DNA from: an uncultured Chloroflexia bacterium
Lineage (GTDB): Bacteria > Chloroflexota > Limnocylindria > Limnocylindrales > CSP1-4
Assembly (NCBI GenBank): GCA_963828165.1
Contig: CAWHDR010000001.1
Span: 2,336,001 to 2,400,000, forward strand
Direction of reading: 5' to 3'
Length of the DNA stretch: 64,000 nt
The notes beneath the pieces were generated by a model. It had not been told where the DNA came from. It ran no database searches and saw only the letters and a program-made list of their open reading frames with translations. Positions within the stretch are counted from its first letter, which is position 1; every line of letters starts with the position of its first letter. This document shows positions 24,513 to 46,898 of this stretch, piece by piece. Position numbers and translations under genes: made by a program.

Positions 24513-25046
24513 ATGCCGACAGAGGCCAAACGGGCGACCGTGGCCGAGCTGCGCGAGGAACTCGCGAACGCCCGGACGATGATCGTGTCCGAATACCGCG
24601 GCCTCAGCGTGAAGGAGATCGCCGAGATCCGGCGCGCTCTGACCAAGAGCGACGTCCGCTATCGCGTGATCAAGAACCGACTGCTGCGCATCGCCGCCGA
24701 GGACTCGGTCGGCGAGGCGCTCAGCCCCCTCCTCACCGGTCCGACCGCGATCGCCTTCGGGGCCGACGAGGCCGGTACGGCGAGAGCCGTCCTGGACGCG
24801 ACCCGTCCGTACAACAAGATCGTGCGGATCAAGGGCGCTGTCCTGGGCGACAAGGCGATCGACGCCGACGCCGTCACCCGCCTGGCGGCCCTGCCGTCAC
24901 GCGACGTCCTCCTGGCCAAGCTGGCCGGCGGGATGCAGGCGCCAGTGGCGACCCTGGCGGGTCTGTTCTCCGCGCCGCTGCGCAACCTGGGCTATGCCCT
25001 GGCGCAGGTCGCCGAGCAGAAGCAGAACCAGGCGCCCGAGGCGTGA
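24513..25046 (+). CDS. rplJ: 50S ribosomal protein L10
   Basis: EYRGLSV, VIKNRL, LTGPTAIAF, LAALPSR; SD GGAGG. Confidence 0.96.
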   Translation: MPTEAKRATVAELREELANARTMIVSEYRGLSVKEIAEIRRALTKSDVRYRVIKNRLLRIAAEDSVGEALSPLLTGPTAIAFGADEAGTARAVLDATRPYNKIVRIKGAVLGDKAIDADAVTRLAALPSRDVLLAKLAGGMQAPVATLAGLFSAPLRNLGYALAQVAEQKQNQAPEA

Positions 25047-25088
25047 CGACCACCTTCACCTTCCACGACATTCGATAAGGAGACATCC

Positions 25089-25484
25089 ATGGCTGTACTC
25101 ACCCAGGACGACCTGCTTGAGGCGATCGACAAGATGACCGTTCTCGAGCTGTCCGAGTTCATCAAGCGTTTCGAGGATCGCTACGGCGTGACCGCCGCAG
25201 CCCCTGCCGCTGTCGCGGCCGCCCCGTCCGGCGGTGGTGACGGCGCCGCCGCGCCCGCCGCGCCCGAAGAGCAGTCCGAGTTCAGTGCCGTCCTTACCGA
25301 GGTCGGTCCCAACAAGATCCCGGTGATCAAGGTCGTTCGCGAGCTGACCGGCCTGGGCCTCAAGGAGGCCAAGGACCTCGTCGACGCATCGCCCAAGCCC
25401 GTCAAGGAAGGCGTGGCGAAGGACGAAGCCGACAAGATCAAGGCCGCCCTCGAGGAAGTCGGGGCAAAGGTCGAGATCAAGTAG
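25089..25484 (+). CDS. rplL: 50S ribosomal protein L7/L12
   Basis: MTVLELSE, Ala hinge, [20 protein letters not shown]. Confidence 0.98.
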   Translation: MAVLTQDDLLEAIDKMTVLELSEFIKRFEDRYGVTAAAPAAVAAAPSGGGDGAAAPAAPEEQSEFSAVLTEVGPNKIPVIKVVRELTGLGLKEAKDLVDASPKPVKEGVAKDEADKIKAALEEVGAKVEIK

Positions 25485-25595
25485 CTCGGCCGCCTCTTCG
25501 GCCGGGGCTGGGGCGGCGCATCCGTGCGTTGCCCCGCTCCGCCGGGTAGACCGTCAATCGACAGGGCGTTCGGGCCCTACCACTTTCAGGAGCGT

Positions 25596-25623
25596 TTGAC
25601 AAGATAGAAATTCGCGGTATCCT
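25596..25623 (+). promoter_or_regulatory. Sigma70-type promoter of rpoBC
   Basis: TTGACA-N16-TATCCT in an AT-richer patch. Confidence 0.7.
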
Positions 25624-25684
25624 ACTCCTTCTGTGAGCGCGGCCCCCCTTTTCCCTCTTAACCTCCGTCAAGGAGTGGTGCTTC

Positions 25685-29161
<3,477 letters not shown>

Positions 29162-29275
29162 TCGTCATCAGCACCACCCCACGTTTCCCACGGGGTCGCG
29201 TCCCGGCCGGCACGCCCCCGTTCGCCTTCGCGCCGCATCGCAACGTCGTGCCAGCCGACGCTGCGGAGGAGAACC

Positions 29276-33826
<4,551 letters not shown>

Positions 33827-33848
33827 CCCGCAGCGACCCTGATTTCGC

Positions 33849-33880
33849 GACGAGACCCCGGGGCGCCCCGGGGTCTCGTC
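33849..33880. terminator. Perfect 32-bp palindrome after rpoC (terminator or stabiliser hairpin, no U-tract)
   Basis: GACGAGACCCCGGGGC|GCCCCGGGGTCTCGTC. Confidence 0.7.
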
Positions 33881-33927
33881 ATGTCCGGATGGGGCGAGCG
33901 GCTGGGGGACGAGCGGCCGCGTGATCC

Positions 33928-33961
33928 GGCCGACGCCGGATCCTGGCCGACGCCGGATCCT
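33928..33961. repeat. 17-bp tandem repeat x2
   Basis: GGCCGACGCCGGATCCT GGCCGACGCCGGATCCT. Confidence 0.85.
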
Positions 33962-34352
33962 GCCAGATGGTCACCCCATGACACTCGGGCGTGGTTCGTC
34001 AGCCGTCATGGCCCGGGACATGGCTTGCCGGAGTCCGGTCCAGCGTGGGGTCGCGGACCGGACGCGCTGCGAGCACCCGATTCCGGGCCCAATGGTCACC
34101 CCATGCCGATGTGGCAGGAAACTCAGGGCGCGACTGGCACTGGGGACCGGGTCGGCCAAATGTGCATGGTGTGCACCTTCACGGCGGTTCCCACGACCGC
34201 GACGCCGACTTTGCGATCGATCCGTGTGTCGGCAGGGAGCGCGAAGGCGTCAGAAGGCCGATATCGTCGCCTCCGACTCCCGATTCCGGCCCAAGGTGCA
34301 CGTGGTGCACTTCTGTCAGGATTCAGGTCCGCGGCGCCGCCCCCGAGTTCGT

Positions 34353-34382
34353 TTGACACAGATTTCGGGCCGCTGCTAAACT
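34353..34382 (+). promoter_or_regulatory. Promoter of the str/S10 operon
   Basis: TTGACA-N18-TAAACT with extended TG. Confidence 0.75.
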
Positions 34383-34568
34383 CCGCCTTCGTGGCCTCGG
34401 GAGGGGTCCGCCCTCGGCGCTTGCGCCGACGACCATTCCGACACCATCACACCACCGGTCCCAGCCGGATCGGCCCTGCGGGGCAGATGTCGGCGACGCA
34501 TGGCCGGACCGCGGTCACTCGACGACCGCCACCGCACCCGCTCTCGAGAACCGAAAGGAAACGTCTTC

Positions 34569-34997
34569 GTGCCGACGATCAGTCAGCTCGTGCGCCACGG
34601 CCGGCAGAACAAGATCAAGAAGGTCAAGGCGCCGGCCATGCGCAAGAACTGGAACAGCCTGCGACGCCGCCAGGTGTCGATCAAAGGCGCCCCGCAGAAG
34701 CGCGGGGTCTGCCTGCAGGTCCGGACGATGACGCCCAAGAAGCCGAACTCCGCGCTGCGCAAGATCGCGCGCGTGCGCCTGTCCAACCAGATGGAGGTCA
34801 CGGCCTACATCCCGGGCATCGGGCACAACCTCCAGGAGCACTCGGTGGTCCTCGTCCGCGGCGGCCGCGTGAAGGACCTCCCGTCGGTCAAGTACCACAT
34901 CATCCGCGGCACCCTGGACGCTGCCGGCGTGCGCGACCGCAAGCAGGGTCGCAGCAAGTACGGCGCCAAGGCCCCCGGCAAGGGCGGGGTCAAGTAG
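34569..34997 (+). CDS. rpsL: 30S ribosomal protein S12
   Basis: [27 protein letters not shown]. Confidence 0.98.
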   Translation: MPTISQLVRHGRQNKIKKVKAPAMRKNWNSLRRRQVSIKGAPQKRGVCLQVRTMTPKKPNSALRKIARVRLSNQMEVTAYIPGIGHNLQEHSVVLVRGGRVKDLPSVKYHIIRGTLDAAGVRDRKQGRSKYGAKAPGKGGVK

Positions 34998-35465
34998 ATG
35001 CCGCGTCGTACGAGCATCCCCCGCAAGACGAAATACGAGGTCGTGCCGGCCAACCGCATCACGCATCGCTTCTCAGCGAAGCTGATGAAGGGCGGCAAGC
35101 AGAACCTCGCGGAGCGCATCCTGCGCCAGGCCCTCGCCCGCGCGGAGGCCCAGGCAGGGCGTCCCGGCCTCGAGATCCTCGAGGCGGCGATGCGCAACGC
35201 CACCCCCATCATCGAAGTCAAGCCGCGCCGCGTCGGTGGCGCGACCTACCAGGTCCCGGTCGAGATCCGGGGCGACCGCCGCCTGTCGCTCGGTGTCCGC
35301 TGGCTCGTCCAGTCGGCCCGCAAGCGCAACGGCAAGAGCATGAGCGAGAAGCTGGCCGCCGAGTTCGTCGATGCCATGAACGGCCTGGGCGCGGCAGTCA
35401 AGCGTCGAGAAGATACGCACAAGATGGCGGAGGCGAACCGCGCCTTCAGCCATTTCAAGTGGTAG
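34998..35465 (+). CDS. rpsG: 30S ribosomal protein S7
   Basis: RRVGGATYQVP, HKMAEANRAF. Confidence 0.97.
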   Translation: MPRRTSIPRKTKYEVVPANRITHRFSAKLMKGGKQNLAERILRQALARAEAQAGRPGLEILEAAMRNATPIIEVKPRRVGGATYQVPVEIRGDRRLSLGVRWLVQSARKRNGKSMSEKLAAEFVDAMNGLGAAVKRREDTHKMAEANRAFSHFKW

Positions 35466-35486
35466 ATCAGGGAGCTTAGGGACACC

Positions 35487-37577
<2,091 letters not shown>

Positions 37578-37590
37578 GGAGCACGACGAC

Positions 37591-38787
<1,197 letters not shown>

Positions 38788-38794
38788 GGACGAC

Positions 38795-39103
<309 letters not shown>

Positions 39104-39152
39104 TGACGGCACACCACATGGACATCGCCGTCCAGCCGGCCGGGTGGCAGCG

Positions 39153-39776
39153 ATGAGCATCGGACTCATCGGCCGCAAGGTCGGTATGACCCAGGTCTTC
39201 CAGGACGACGGCACCATGGTCGCCGTCAGCGTCCTCGCCATCGAGCCGAACACGGTCACGCGTCTGCGCACGCCCGATCGCGACGGCTACACGGCCGTCC
39301 AGCTCGGCACCGAGACCAGCAAGAAGCTGTCCAAGCCCGAGGCCGGCCAGCTCAAGGACCTGCCCAAGGCCGCCCAGTCGATCAAGACGATCCGCGAGTT
39401 CCGCGTGGACAGCGTGGACGAGTACGAGCTCGGCCAGACCGTCTCGCTCGTGGACCTGTTCACGGTGGGTGACGAGGTCGACGTGAGCGGCGTCTCCAAG
39501 GGCAAGGGTTTTGCCGGCCACATCAAGCGCCACAACTTCCACCGCGGCCCCAAGACCCACGGTTCGGACCATCATCGCGAGCCGGGCTCCATCGGCCCGG
39601 GCACGACGCCTGGTCGTGTCTACCGCGGCATGAAGATGGCCGGCCACATGGGCGACGAGACCGTGACCATCAAGAAGGTGCGCGTCGTGCGCACCGACCC
39701 GGACCGCAACCTGCTGCTCGTCAAGGGGAGTCTCCCCGGCGCGCGCGGGTCGCTGATCCTCGTGAAGAAGGCCTGA
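39153..39776 (+). CDS. rplC: 50S ribosomal protein L3
   Basis: [25 protein letters not shown]. Confidence 0.98.
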   Translation: MSIGLIGRKVGMTQVFQDDGTMVAVSVLAIEPNTVTRLRTPDRDGYTAVQLGTETSKKLSKPEAGQLKDLPKAAQSIKTIREFRVDSVDEYELGQTVSLVDLFTVGDEVDVSGVSKGKGFAGHIKRHNFHRGPKTHGSDHHREPGSIGPGTTPGRVYRGMKMAGHMGDETVTIKKVRVVRTDPDRNLLLVKGSLPGARGSLILVKKA

Positions 39777-39779
39777 CGA

Positions 39780-40403
39780 ATGCCGTCCATCCCCCTGTAC
39801 GACCGCGCCGGCAAGAACATCGGCGACGTCGAGCTCAGCGATGAGCTGTTCGCCGCCCCGGTCAACACCGCCGTGCTGCACCAGGTCGTGACCGCCCAGC
39901 TCGCTGCCCGCCGGACCGGTACGAGCGACACCAAGACCCGCGGCGAGATCCGCGGCGGTGGCCGCAAACCGTATCGCCAGAAGGGCACCGGGCGCGCCCG
40001 CCAGGGCACCGTCACCGCGCCGCACTACCGCGGCGGTGGCGTGGTCTTCGGGCCGCATCCGCGCTCCTACGAGCAGCGCCTGCCGCGCAAGATGAAGCGC
40101 CTCGCGCTGCGCGGTGCGCTGACGGCCAAGCTCGTCGACGAGCAGGTCAAGGTCATCGACAGCTTCGGGCTCAAGGCGATCAAGACCAGCGATCTGGCAG
40201 GCGTGCTGCGCGCACTGGCCGCCGACGGGCGCGTCCTGGTCGTGGCCCCGAGCCGCGACCAGAACCTCGAGCTGTCCGCCCGCAACCTTCCGACCGTCGA
40301 CATCATCCTCGCCGACTCGCTCAACGTCGTCGACCTCATCAAGGCCGACCTCGTGCTGATCGAGCAGCCGTCGCTCGCGCGCATGCAGGAGGTGTACGCA
40401 TGA
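39780..40403 (+). CDS. rplD: 50S ribosomal protein L4
   Basis: GGGRKPYRQKGTGRARQG. Confidence 0.98.
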   Translation: MPSIPLYDRAGKNIGDVELSDELFAAPVNTAVLHQVVTAQLAARRTGTSDTKTRGEIRGGGRKPYRQKGTGRARQGTVTAPHYRGGGVVFGPHPRSYEQRLPRKMKRLALRGALTAKLVDEQVKVIDSFGLKAIKTSDLAGVLRALAADGRVLVVAPSRDQNLELSARNLPTVDIILADSLNVVDLIKADLVLIEQPSLARMQEVYA

Positions 40404-40714
40404 CCGCCCTGACCGCGCCCGAGATCATCCTTCGTCCGGTCATCAGCGAGAAGACCATCGACGAGTCGACACGCGGCAAGTACACGTTCGCCGTCAACGA
40501 CCACGCCAACAAGATCCAGATCAAGGCCGCGGTGGAGGAGCTCTACAAGAAGGAGAACGTGACCGTCATCTCGGTCAACGTCCTGACCACCAAGGCCAAG
40601 GAAAAGCGACGCGGGACGAAGCGCGGCCGGATCGTCGGCCACACCACCCCGTGGCGCAAGGCCATCGTGACCCTGGCTCCCGGCCAGAAGATCGAATTCT
40701 TCGAGGGGGTCTGA
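40400..40714 (+). CDS. rplW: 50S ribosomal protein L23
   Basis: PVISEKT, ANKIQIKAAVE, WRKAIVTL. Confidence 0.97.
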   Translation: MTALTAPEIILRPVISEKTIDESTRGKYTFAVNDHANKIQIKAAVEELYKKENVTVISVNVLTTKAKEKRRGTKRGRIVGHTTPWRKAIVTLAPGQKIEFFEGV

Positions 40715-40717
40715 CCG

Positions 40718-41545
40718 ATGCCGCTTCGAACCTACAAGCCAACCTCGCCGGGGCTCCGGCAGATGACTCGCTCGACCTTCGAGGAGATCACCACCAAGGA
40801 GCCGCACAAGCCCCTGCTCGAACCGCAGACACGCGGATCCGGCCGGAACAACCAGGGCCGCCTCACCGTGCGCCATCGCGGCGGCGGCGAGAAACAGCAC
40901 TACCGTCGCATCGACTTCAAGCGCGACAAGTTCAATGTGCCGGCGCGAGTCGCGACGATCGAGTACGACCCGAACCGCTCGGCGCGGATCGGCCTGCTCC
41001 ACTACCGCGACGGCGAGAAGCGCTACATGATCCTGCCGCACGGCCTCAAGGTCGGCGACGTGGTCGTGGCGGGACCGGACGCCGAGGCGCGCGTGGGGAA
41101 TGCCCTGCCGCTCGCGAACATCCCGCTCGGCACGACGATCCACAACATCGAGCTGACGCCCGGCAAGGGCGGCCAGATCGTGCGCTCGGCAGGAACCTCG
41201 GCGCAGTTGCTCGCCAAGGAAGGCGACTACGCCACGGTCCGCATGCCGTCGGGCGAGATGCGACGCATCCCGATGCGCTGCATGGCCACCGTCGGCCAGG
41301 TCAGCAACCTCGACCACGAGAACCAGAACCTCGGAAAGGCCGGCCGCGCCCGGCACATGGGCCAGCGCCCGGAGGTCCGCGGAGTCGTCATGAACCCGCG
41401 CGACCATCCGCACGGCGGTGGCGAGGGCAAGTCCCCGACCGGGATGCCGCCCAAGACCCCGTGGGGCAAGCCTGCCATGGGCTACCGCACCCGGCGGTCC
41501 AAGACGACCGGACGCCTGATCGTCCGTTCGCGGCATCGCAAGTAG
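40718..41545 (+). CDS. rplB: 50S ribosomal protein L2
   Basis: [22 protein letters not shown]. Confidence 0.99.
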   Translation: MPLRTYKPTSPGLRQMTRSTFEEITTKEPHKPLLEPQTRGSGRNNQGRLTVRHRGGGEKQHYRRIDFKRDKFNVPARVATIEYDPNRSARIGLLHYRDGEKRYMILPHGLKVGDVVVAGPDAEARVGNALPLANIPLGTTIHNIELTPGKGGQIVRSAGTSAQLLAKEGDYATVRMPSGEMRRIPMRCMATVGQVSNLDHENQNLGKAGRARHMGQRPEVRGVVMNPRDHPHGGGEGKSPTGMPPKTPWGKPAMGYRTRRSKTTGRLIVRSRHRK

Positions 41546-41563
41546 CCGGGGAGGTAGGAGCCA

Positions 41564-41848
41564 ATGTCCCGTTCCATCAAGAAGGGCCCCTTCATCGAGG
41601 CCCGACTCCTCGGCCGTATCGAGGAGATGAACAAGCGCAACGAGAAGAAGGTCGTCAAGACCTGGTCCCGTGCGTCCGTCATCTTCCCGACGTTCATCGG
41701 TCACACCATCGCCGTCTACAACGGCAAGAAGCACGTCCCGGTCTACGTGACCGAGAACATGGTCGGCCATCGTCTTGGTGAGTTCAGCCCAACCCGCAAC
41801 TACCGCGGCCACGGCAAGCACACCGACCGGTCGACGGCGTTGAAGTAG
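41564..41848 (+). CDS. rpsS: 30S ribosomal protein S19
   Basis: [26 protein letters not shown]. Confidence 0.98.
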   Translation: MSRSIKKGPFIEARLLGRIEEMNKRNEKKVVKTWSRASVIFPTFIGHTIAVYNGKKHVPVYVTENMVGHRLGEFSPTRNYRGHGKHTDRSTALK

Positions 41849-41856
41849 GCCGGCCG

Positions 41857-42195
41857 ATGCGTGTTTCCGCCACTGCCAAGTACCTGCGTGCCTCGACTCG
41901 CAAGACCCGTCTGGTGACCAACGCCATCACGGGCAAGCGGGTGGAGGAAGCCGCCGCGCTCCTGCGGTTCATGCCGCAGAAGGCCGCAGCTGACGTGGCT
42001 CGCGTGCTCAAGAGCGCGACTGCCAATGCCGAGAACAACCACAACCTGTCCGCGGAGGACCTGATCATCGTCGAGGCCGTCGCCAACGAGGGCCCCACGA
42101 TCAAGCGCTTCCAGCCGCGGGCCCAGGGTCGGGCGTTTCCGATCCACAAGCCCATGACCCACATCACCATCACCGTCGCGGACCAGGAGGCCTGA
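41857..42195 (+). CDS. rplV: 50S ribosomal protein L22
   Basis: LKSATANAENN, PRAQGRA. Confidence 0.97.
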   Translation: MRVSATAKYLRASTRKTRLVTNAITGKRVEEAAALLRFMPQKAAADVARVLKSATANAENNHNLSAEDLIIVEAVANEGPTIKRFQPRAQGRAFPIHKPMTHITITVADQEA

Positions 42196-42196
42196 C

Positions 42197-42880
42197 ATGG
42201 GACATAAGGTCCATCCGTACGGCTTCCGCCTGGGTGTCTCGCGCACCTGGACCGCGAAGTGGTACGCGGATAAGGAATACACCGCCTCCCTCAAGGAGGA
42301 CATCGGCATCCGCACGCTCATCGAGAAGCGGTTGTCGAACGCCAGCGTGAGCGGCGTGGAGATCGAGCGTGGCATCAATCACGTGACGGTCACCATCCAC
42401 ACCGCCAAGCCCGGCATCGTCATCGGCAAGGGCGGGGCCAACGTCGAGGTGCTGCGCCAGCAGATCGGCGCGCTTTCGAACCGCAAGGTCAAGCTCGAGA
42501 TCAAGGAGATCCGCCAGCCGGAACTCGACGCGCATCTGGTCGCGATGAACATCGCCGGCCAGCTCAGCCGCCGGATCGCCTTCAAGAAGGCGATGAAGCA
42601 GGCCATCCAGCGCTCGATGAAGGCCGGCGCCAAGGGCGTCAAGATCGCCGTCGCGGGCCGCCTCGGCGGGTCCGAGATGGGCCGGCGCGAATGGGACAAG
42701 GAAGGGCGCATCCCGTTGGGAACGCTCCGCGCGGATATCAGCTACGGCCAGATCCACGCCCACACCACGTACGGCCGCATCGGCGTCAAGGTCTGGATCT
42801 ACCGCGGCGACTTCGCGCCGGAGCCGATCCGCCGACCCGAGCTCGTCGGTGCCCCGGTCCAGCCCGGACAGGGGGTCTGA
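42197..42880 (+). CDS. rpsC: 30S ribosomal protein S3
   Basis: [31 protein letters not shown]. Confidence 0.98.
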   Translation: MGHKVHPYGFRLGVSRTWTAKWYADKEYTASLKEDIGIRTLIEKRLSNASVSGVEIERGINHVTVTIHTAKPGIVIGKGGANVEVLRQQIGALSNRKVKLEIKEIRQPELDAHLVAMNIAGQLSRRIAFKKAMKQAIQRSMKAGAKGVKIAVAGRLGGSEMGRREWDKEGRIPLGTLRADISYGQIHAHTTYGRIGVKVWIYRGDFAPEPIRRPELVGAPVQPGQGV

Positions 42881-42882
42881 CG

Positions 42883-43305
42883 ATGTTGATGCCGCGTCGG
42901 GTCAAGCACCGCAAGGTCATGCGAGGACGGATGTCCGGACTTGCCAAGGGCGGCTACATGGTCGCCTTCGGCGAGTACGGCCTGGCCACGCAGGAGCCGG
43001 CCTGGATCACCAGCCGCCAGATCGAGGCCGCTCGACGCGCCATGACCCGTTCGGTCAAGCGCGGTGGCAAGATCTGGATCCGGATCTTCCCGGACAAGCC
43101 CGCCACGAAGAAGCCCGCCGAGACACGGATGGGTTCCGGCAAGGGCGCCCCCGACCACTGGGTCGCGGTCGTCAAGCCCGGTCGCATCCTGTTCGAGATG
43201 GCCGGCGTGGATCACGAATCCGCGGTCGAGGCCATGCGCCTCGCCAGCCACAAGCTTCCCGTGCAGACCCGCGTGGTCGTCCGGGAAGGCGCGAAGGAGG
43301 CGTAA
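42883..43305 (+). CDS. rplP: 50S ribosomal protein L16
   Basis: [22 protein letters not shown]. Confidence 0.98.
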   Translation: MLMPRRVKHRKVMRGRMSGLAKGGYMVAFGEYGLATQEPAWITSRQIEAARRAMTRSVKRGGKIWIRIFPDKPATKKPAETRMGSGKGAPDHWVAVVKPGRILFEMAGVDHESAVEAMRLASHKLPVQTRVVVREGAKEA

Positions 43306-43309
43306 CGGG

Positions 43310-43510
43310 ATGGATATGGACAAGGCCCGTTCCCTCTCCGACGCCGAGCTCGACGAGGCCCTGCGCGAGGCGAAGCAGGACCTGTGGGGAGCGCGCTTCG
43401 CGCTCTCGACCCGACAGCTCAAGGACTACAGCACGATCCCGCAGACGCGGCGAACGATCGCGCGGATCCTGACCGTGCAGCGTGAGCGCAAGCTCGGCAA
43501 GACGGCCTGA
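43310..43510 (+). CDS. rpmC: 50S ribosomal protein L29
   Basis: RRTIARILT motif; between rplP and rpsQ. Confidence 0.93.
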   Translation: MDMDKARSLSDAELDEALREAKQDLWGARFALSTRQLKDYSTIPQTRRTIARILTVQRERKLGKTA

Positions 43511-43524
43511 AGGGATATCACGCG

Positions 43525-43986
43525 ATGACAGGAGCAGACACCACGGTGCAGACAAAGCGGAAATTGAAGGTCGGCCGCGTGGTCAGCGACAAGATGGACA
43601 AGACGATCGTCGTGTCCGTCGAGCGACTGGCCCGTCACCGGCTGTACAAGCGGGTCATCCGCTTGTCCACGAAGTTCAAAGCCCACGACGAGACGAATGA
43701 CGCCAGGATCGGCGACACCGTCCAGATCGAGGAGTCGCGGCCCCTGTCCGCGACCAAGCGCTGGCGTCTCGTCAGCGTGATCGCGCGCGCCGGGGAGCAT
43801 GGTCTCCCGGGTGAGTCGGTCGTGGAGGAGGAGGCCGAGGTCACCGAGGCCATCCACGCCGCGGCCCACCCCGGGCGCACGAACAAGGCCGAGGCCGAGA
43901 CCGAGCCTGATGAGGTCGGCGCCACCTCCGGCGACGACGCGGCCGGCGACGAGCAGCGCGCTCCGACGGAGGAGGCCGTCTCGTGA
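43525..43986 (+). CDS. rpsQ: 30S ribosomal protein S17 with acidic C-terminal extension
   Basis: [29 protein letters not shown]; ~65-aa E/A/D-rich tail. Confidence 0.97.
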   Translation: MTGADTTVQTKRKLKVGRVVSDKMDKTIVVSVERLARHRLYKRVIRLSTKFKAHDETNDARIGDTVQIEESRPLSATKRWRLVSVIARAGEHGLPGESVVEEEAEVTEAIHAAAHPGRTNKAEAETEPDEVGATSGDDAAGDEQRAPTEEAVS

Positions 43987-44351
43987 TCCAGCCCCAGACC
44001 CGCCTCAAGGTCGCGGACAACACCGGCGCCCGCAGCATCCAGTGCATCCGGGTGATGGGTCGTTCGCTCAAGACCACGGCCGGCGTGGGTGACGTGATCA
44101 TCGCCAGCGTCAAGCAGGCGATCCCCAATGCCGCCGTGAAGAAGGGCGATGTCGTCCGCGCGGTCATCGTGCGCACGAACAAGGAGTACGGCCGCGCCGA
44201 CGGGAGCTACATCCGGTTCGACGAGAACGCCGCCGTCCTCATCAACAACCAGGGCAACCCGCGCGGCACGCGCATCTTCGGCCCGGTGGCGCGCGAGCTG
44301 CGCGACCGGAACTACATGAAGATCGTGTCCCTCGCCCCGGAGGTGCTGTGA
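43983..44351 (+). CDS. rplN: 50S ribosomal protein L14
   Basis: [26 protein letters not shown]. Confidence 0.99.
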   Translation: MIQPQTRLKVADNTGARSIQCIRVMGRSLKTTAGVGDVIIASVKQAIPNAAVKKGDVVRAVIVRTNKEYGRADGSYIRFDENAAVLINNQGNPRGTRIFGPVARELRDRNYMKIVSLAPEVL

Positions 44352-44788
44352 TGGGCGTTCGAGCCGCGACCGCCCGGTCGCCGAAAGTGCCCGAAGTCCG
44401 CAAGGGCGACACGGTCGTCGTGCTCTCCGGCCGCGATGCCGGCAAGCGCGGGACCGTCGAGCGCGTGATCCGGCGTCAGCCGGCCCCGCGCGGCCGCAGC
44501 ATGTTCCGTCGCGGGACGACGGCCGGTGGCGTGAGTGTCGTCGTCGAGGGCCTCAACATCGCCAAGCGCCACACGAAGGCCCGCCAGACCTCGAGCTCGA
44601 CCGACCGCATGCCCAAGGTCCAGCAGGGCGGCATCCTCGAGATCGCCCAGCCGATCCCGGTGGGCAAGGTCATGGTCGTCTGCTCGAGCTGTGGCAAGCC
44701 GACCCGCATCTCGCACGCGACGCTCGACAACGGTCGCCGCGTGCGCGTCTGTCGCCACTGCGGCGAGCAGCTGGAGGTCAAGTCGTGA
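44351..44788 (+). CDS. rplX: 50S ribosomal protein L24 (Arg-rich insertion, C-terminal C4 motif)
   Basis: [31 protein letters not shown]. Confidence 0.96.
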   Translation: MGVRAATARSPKVPEVRKGDTVVVLSGRDAGKRGTVERVIRRQPAPRGRSMFRRGTTAGGVSVVVEGLNIAKRHTKARQTSSSTDRMPKVQQGGILEIAQPIPVGKVMVVCSSCGKPTRISHATLDNGRRVRVCRHCGEQLEVKS

Positions 44789-45327
44789 CCAGCCGTCTGC
44801 ACGAGCGCTATCAGGCCGAGATCGTCCCGGCGCTCCGTAAGCAATTCGAATACGGCAACCCGAATCAGGTGCCGAAGGTCAGCAAGATCGTCGTCAACAT
44901 CGGCCTGGGCGAAGCCCTGACCAATGCCAAGGCGCTCGATGCGGCCCTGGGCGACCTGGCCAGCATCACCGGCCAGAAGCCGATCGTCACCAAGGCCAAG
45001 CGCTCGATCGCCCAGTTCCACGTGCGGGCGGGCAACTCGATCGGAGCCAAGGTGACGCTCCGCGGTGAGCGGATGTGGGATTTCCTGGACCGGCTGACGA
45101 CCCTCGCGCTGCCGCGCATCCGCGACTTCCGGGGGATCCCCGACAAGTCGTTCGATGGGCGGGGCAACTATTCGCTGGGATTGCGCGAACAGCTCGCGTT
45201 CCCGGAGATCGATTACGACAAGGTGGACCGTCTCCGCGGGCTGGAGATCAGCATCGTGACGACGGCGAAGACCGACGAGGAGTCCAAGAAGCTTCTTGAA
45301 CTCCTCGGCATGCCCTTCGCCTCGTAG
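44785..45327 (+). CDS. rplE: 50S ribosomal protein L5
   Basis: [22 protein letters not shown]. Confidence 0.98.
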   Translation: MTSRLHERYQAEIVPALRKQFEYGNPNQVPKVSKIVVNIGLGEALTNAKALDAALGDLASITGQKPIVTKAKRSIAQFHVRAGNSIGAKVTLRGERMWDFLDRLTTLALPRIRDFRGIPDKSFDGRGNYSLGLREQLAFPEIDYDKVDRLRGLEISIVTTAKTDEESKKLLELLGMPFAS

Positions 45328-45345
45328 GCGCGGGGAGGGAGAGAC

Positions 45346-45531
45346 ATGGCCAAGAAGTCGATGGTCGCAAAGGCGAAGCGCACTCCGAAGTTCAAGGTGC
45401 GCGCGTATCACCGCTGCTACGTGTGCGGGCGACCGCGCGCCTTCCTGCGACGGTTCGCGCTATGCCGCATCTGCTTCCGGGAGCGTGCGCTCCTGGGCGA
45501 GCTGCCCGGCGTCACGAAGTCGAGTTGGTAG
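45346..45531 (+). CDS. rpsZ: 30S ribosomal protein S14 (type Z)
   Basis: [17 protein letters not shown], 61 aa. Confidence 0.97.
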   Translation: MAKKSMVAKAKRTPKFKVRAYHRCYVCGRPRAFLRRFALCRICFRERALLGELPGVTKSSW

Positions 45532-45538
45532 GAAACCG

Positions 45539-45937
45539 ATGAACATCTCCGATCCGATCGCGGACATGCTCACACGCGTCCGGAACGCGTCGAGGGCGCG
45601 CCACACCGAAGTGGTCGTCCCGGCGTCGCGGACGAAGCGTGAGATCGCCCGCATCCTCAAGGACGAAGGCTTCATCGCCGACGTCAGCGAGGAGCAGGAT
45701 GGCCCCACGGCGCTCCTGCGCATCACCCTCAAATATGTCGACGGGAAGGTCCCGGTCGTCTCCGGCCTCAAGCGGATCAGCAAACCCGGCCTGCGCGTCT
45801 ACGCGCGCAAGACGGACATCCCGCGAGTGCTCGGCGGCCTGGGCATCGTCATCGTCAGCACGAGCCAGGGCATCATGACCGGCCAGCAGGCGCGCCAGGC
45901 GCAGCTGGGCGGCGAAGTCCTCGCGTTCGTCTGGTAG
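45539..45937 (+). CDS. rpsH: 30S ribosomal protein S8
   Basis: [25 protein letters not shown]. Confidence 0.98.
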   Translation: MNISDPIADMLTRVRNASRARHTEVVVPASRTKREIARILKDEGFIADVSEEQDGPTALLRITLKYVDGKVPVVSGLKRISKPGLRVYARKTDIPRVLGGLGIVIVSTSQGIMTGQQARQAQLGGEVLAFVW

Positions 45938-45947
45938 GCGCGTAACC

Positions 45948-46499
45948 ATGTCGCGTATCGGACGCCTGCCCATCCCCGTCCCGTCGGCCGTCGACGTGAC
46001 GATCGACGGACGCCAGGTCACGGTCAAGGGGCCCAAGGGCACCCTCAGCCGCGCCCTGCACCCGGACATGTCGGTCAGTCAGGAGGACGGCACGATCGTC
46101 GTCACCCGCCCGACCGAGCAGAAGACCCACAAGCAGCTCCACGGCCTGACCCGGACCCTCGTGAACAACATGGTCGTCGGCGTGACCGACGGCTATCGCA
46201 AGGGGCTCGAGATCACCGGCGTCGGCTACCGGGCCGCGCTGAACGGCAAGAAGCTGACGCTCAATCTGGGCTACAGCCACCAGATCGAGATCGAGCCGCC
46301 CGACGGCATCACCTTCGAGCTCGAGAACCCGACCCGGCTTGCGGTCGTCGGGATCGACAAGGAGCTGGTCGGCCAGATCGCCGCGAAGGTGCGGTCGACG
46401 CGGAAGCCCGAGCCCTACAAGGGCAAGGGCGTGCGCTACGCCGGGGAGCAGATCCGCCGCAAGGCCGGCAAGGCCGGCAAGATCGGCGGCAAGAAGTGA
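45948..46499 (+). CDS. rplF: 50S ribosomal protein L6
   Basis: [19 protein letters not shown]. Confidence 0.98.
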   Translation: MSRIGRLPIPVPSAVDVTIDGRQVTVKGPKGTLSRALHPDMSVSQEDGTIVVTRPTEQKTHKQLHGLTRTLVNNMVVGVTDGYRKGLEITGVGYRAALNGKKLTLNLGYSHQIEIEPPDGITFELENPTRLAVVGIDKELVGQIAAKVRSTRKPEPYKGKGVRYAGEQIRRKAGKAGKIGGKK

Positions 46500-46521
46500 T
46501 CACCCACGAAGGACTGACACG

Positions 46522-46884
46522 ATGACGAAGGTCGCCAGCCGAGGCGCCGCCCGACGCAAGCGCCACGACCGGATCCGCCTGACCCTGGCGGGTTCGGAAG
46601 GGCGGCCGCGTCTCGCCGTGTTCCGCAGCCTCAACCACATCTACGCGCAGGTCATCGACGATGCGTCCGGAACGACGCTCGCGGCAGCCTCGACCGCCGA
46701 GAAGGAGCTCAAGGGCTCCAGCTCGAGCAAGTCCGAGGAAGCAGCGCTCGTCGGTCGCCTCCTGGCCGAGCGGGCCAAGACCGCCGGCATCGAGCGCGTC
46801 GTCTTCGATCGAGCCGGTTTCCGGTACCACGGGCGGATCAAGTCGCTCGCCGATGCCGCCCGCGACGCCGGCCTCGACTTCTGA
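46522..46884 (+). CDS. rplR: 50S ribosomal protein L18
   Basis: [21 protein letters not shown]. Confidence 0.98.
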   Translation: MTKVASRGAARRKRHDRIRLTLAGSEGRPRLAVFRSLNHIYAQVIDDASGTTLAAASTAEKELKGSSSSKSEEAALVGRLLAERAKTAGIERVVFDRAGFRYHGRIKSLADAARDAGLDF

Positions 46885-46898
46885 TCGGAAGGAACTCA

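Noticed and set aside
33920-34320. CRISPR array
   Set aside because: Repeats are few, of different types and irregularly spaced, and no cas genes are present.
33881-35479. 532-aa plus-strand ORF
   Set aside because: It runs out of frame through the rpsL promoter, rpsL and rpsG; Arg/Pro/Gly-rich GC artefact.
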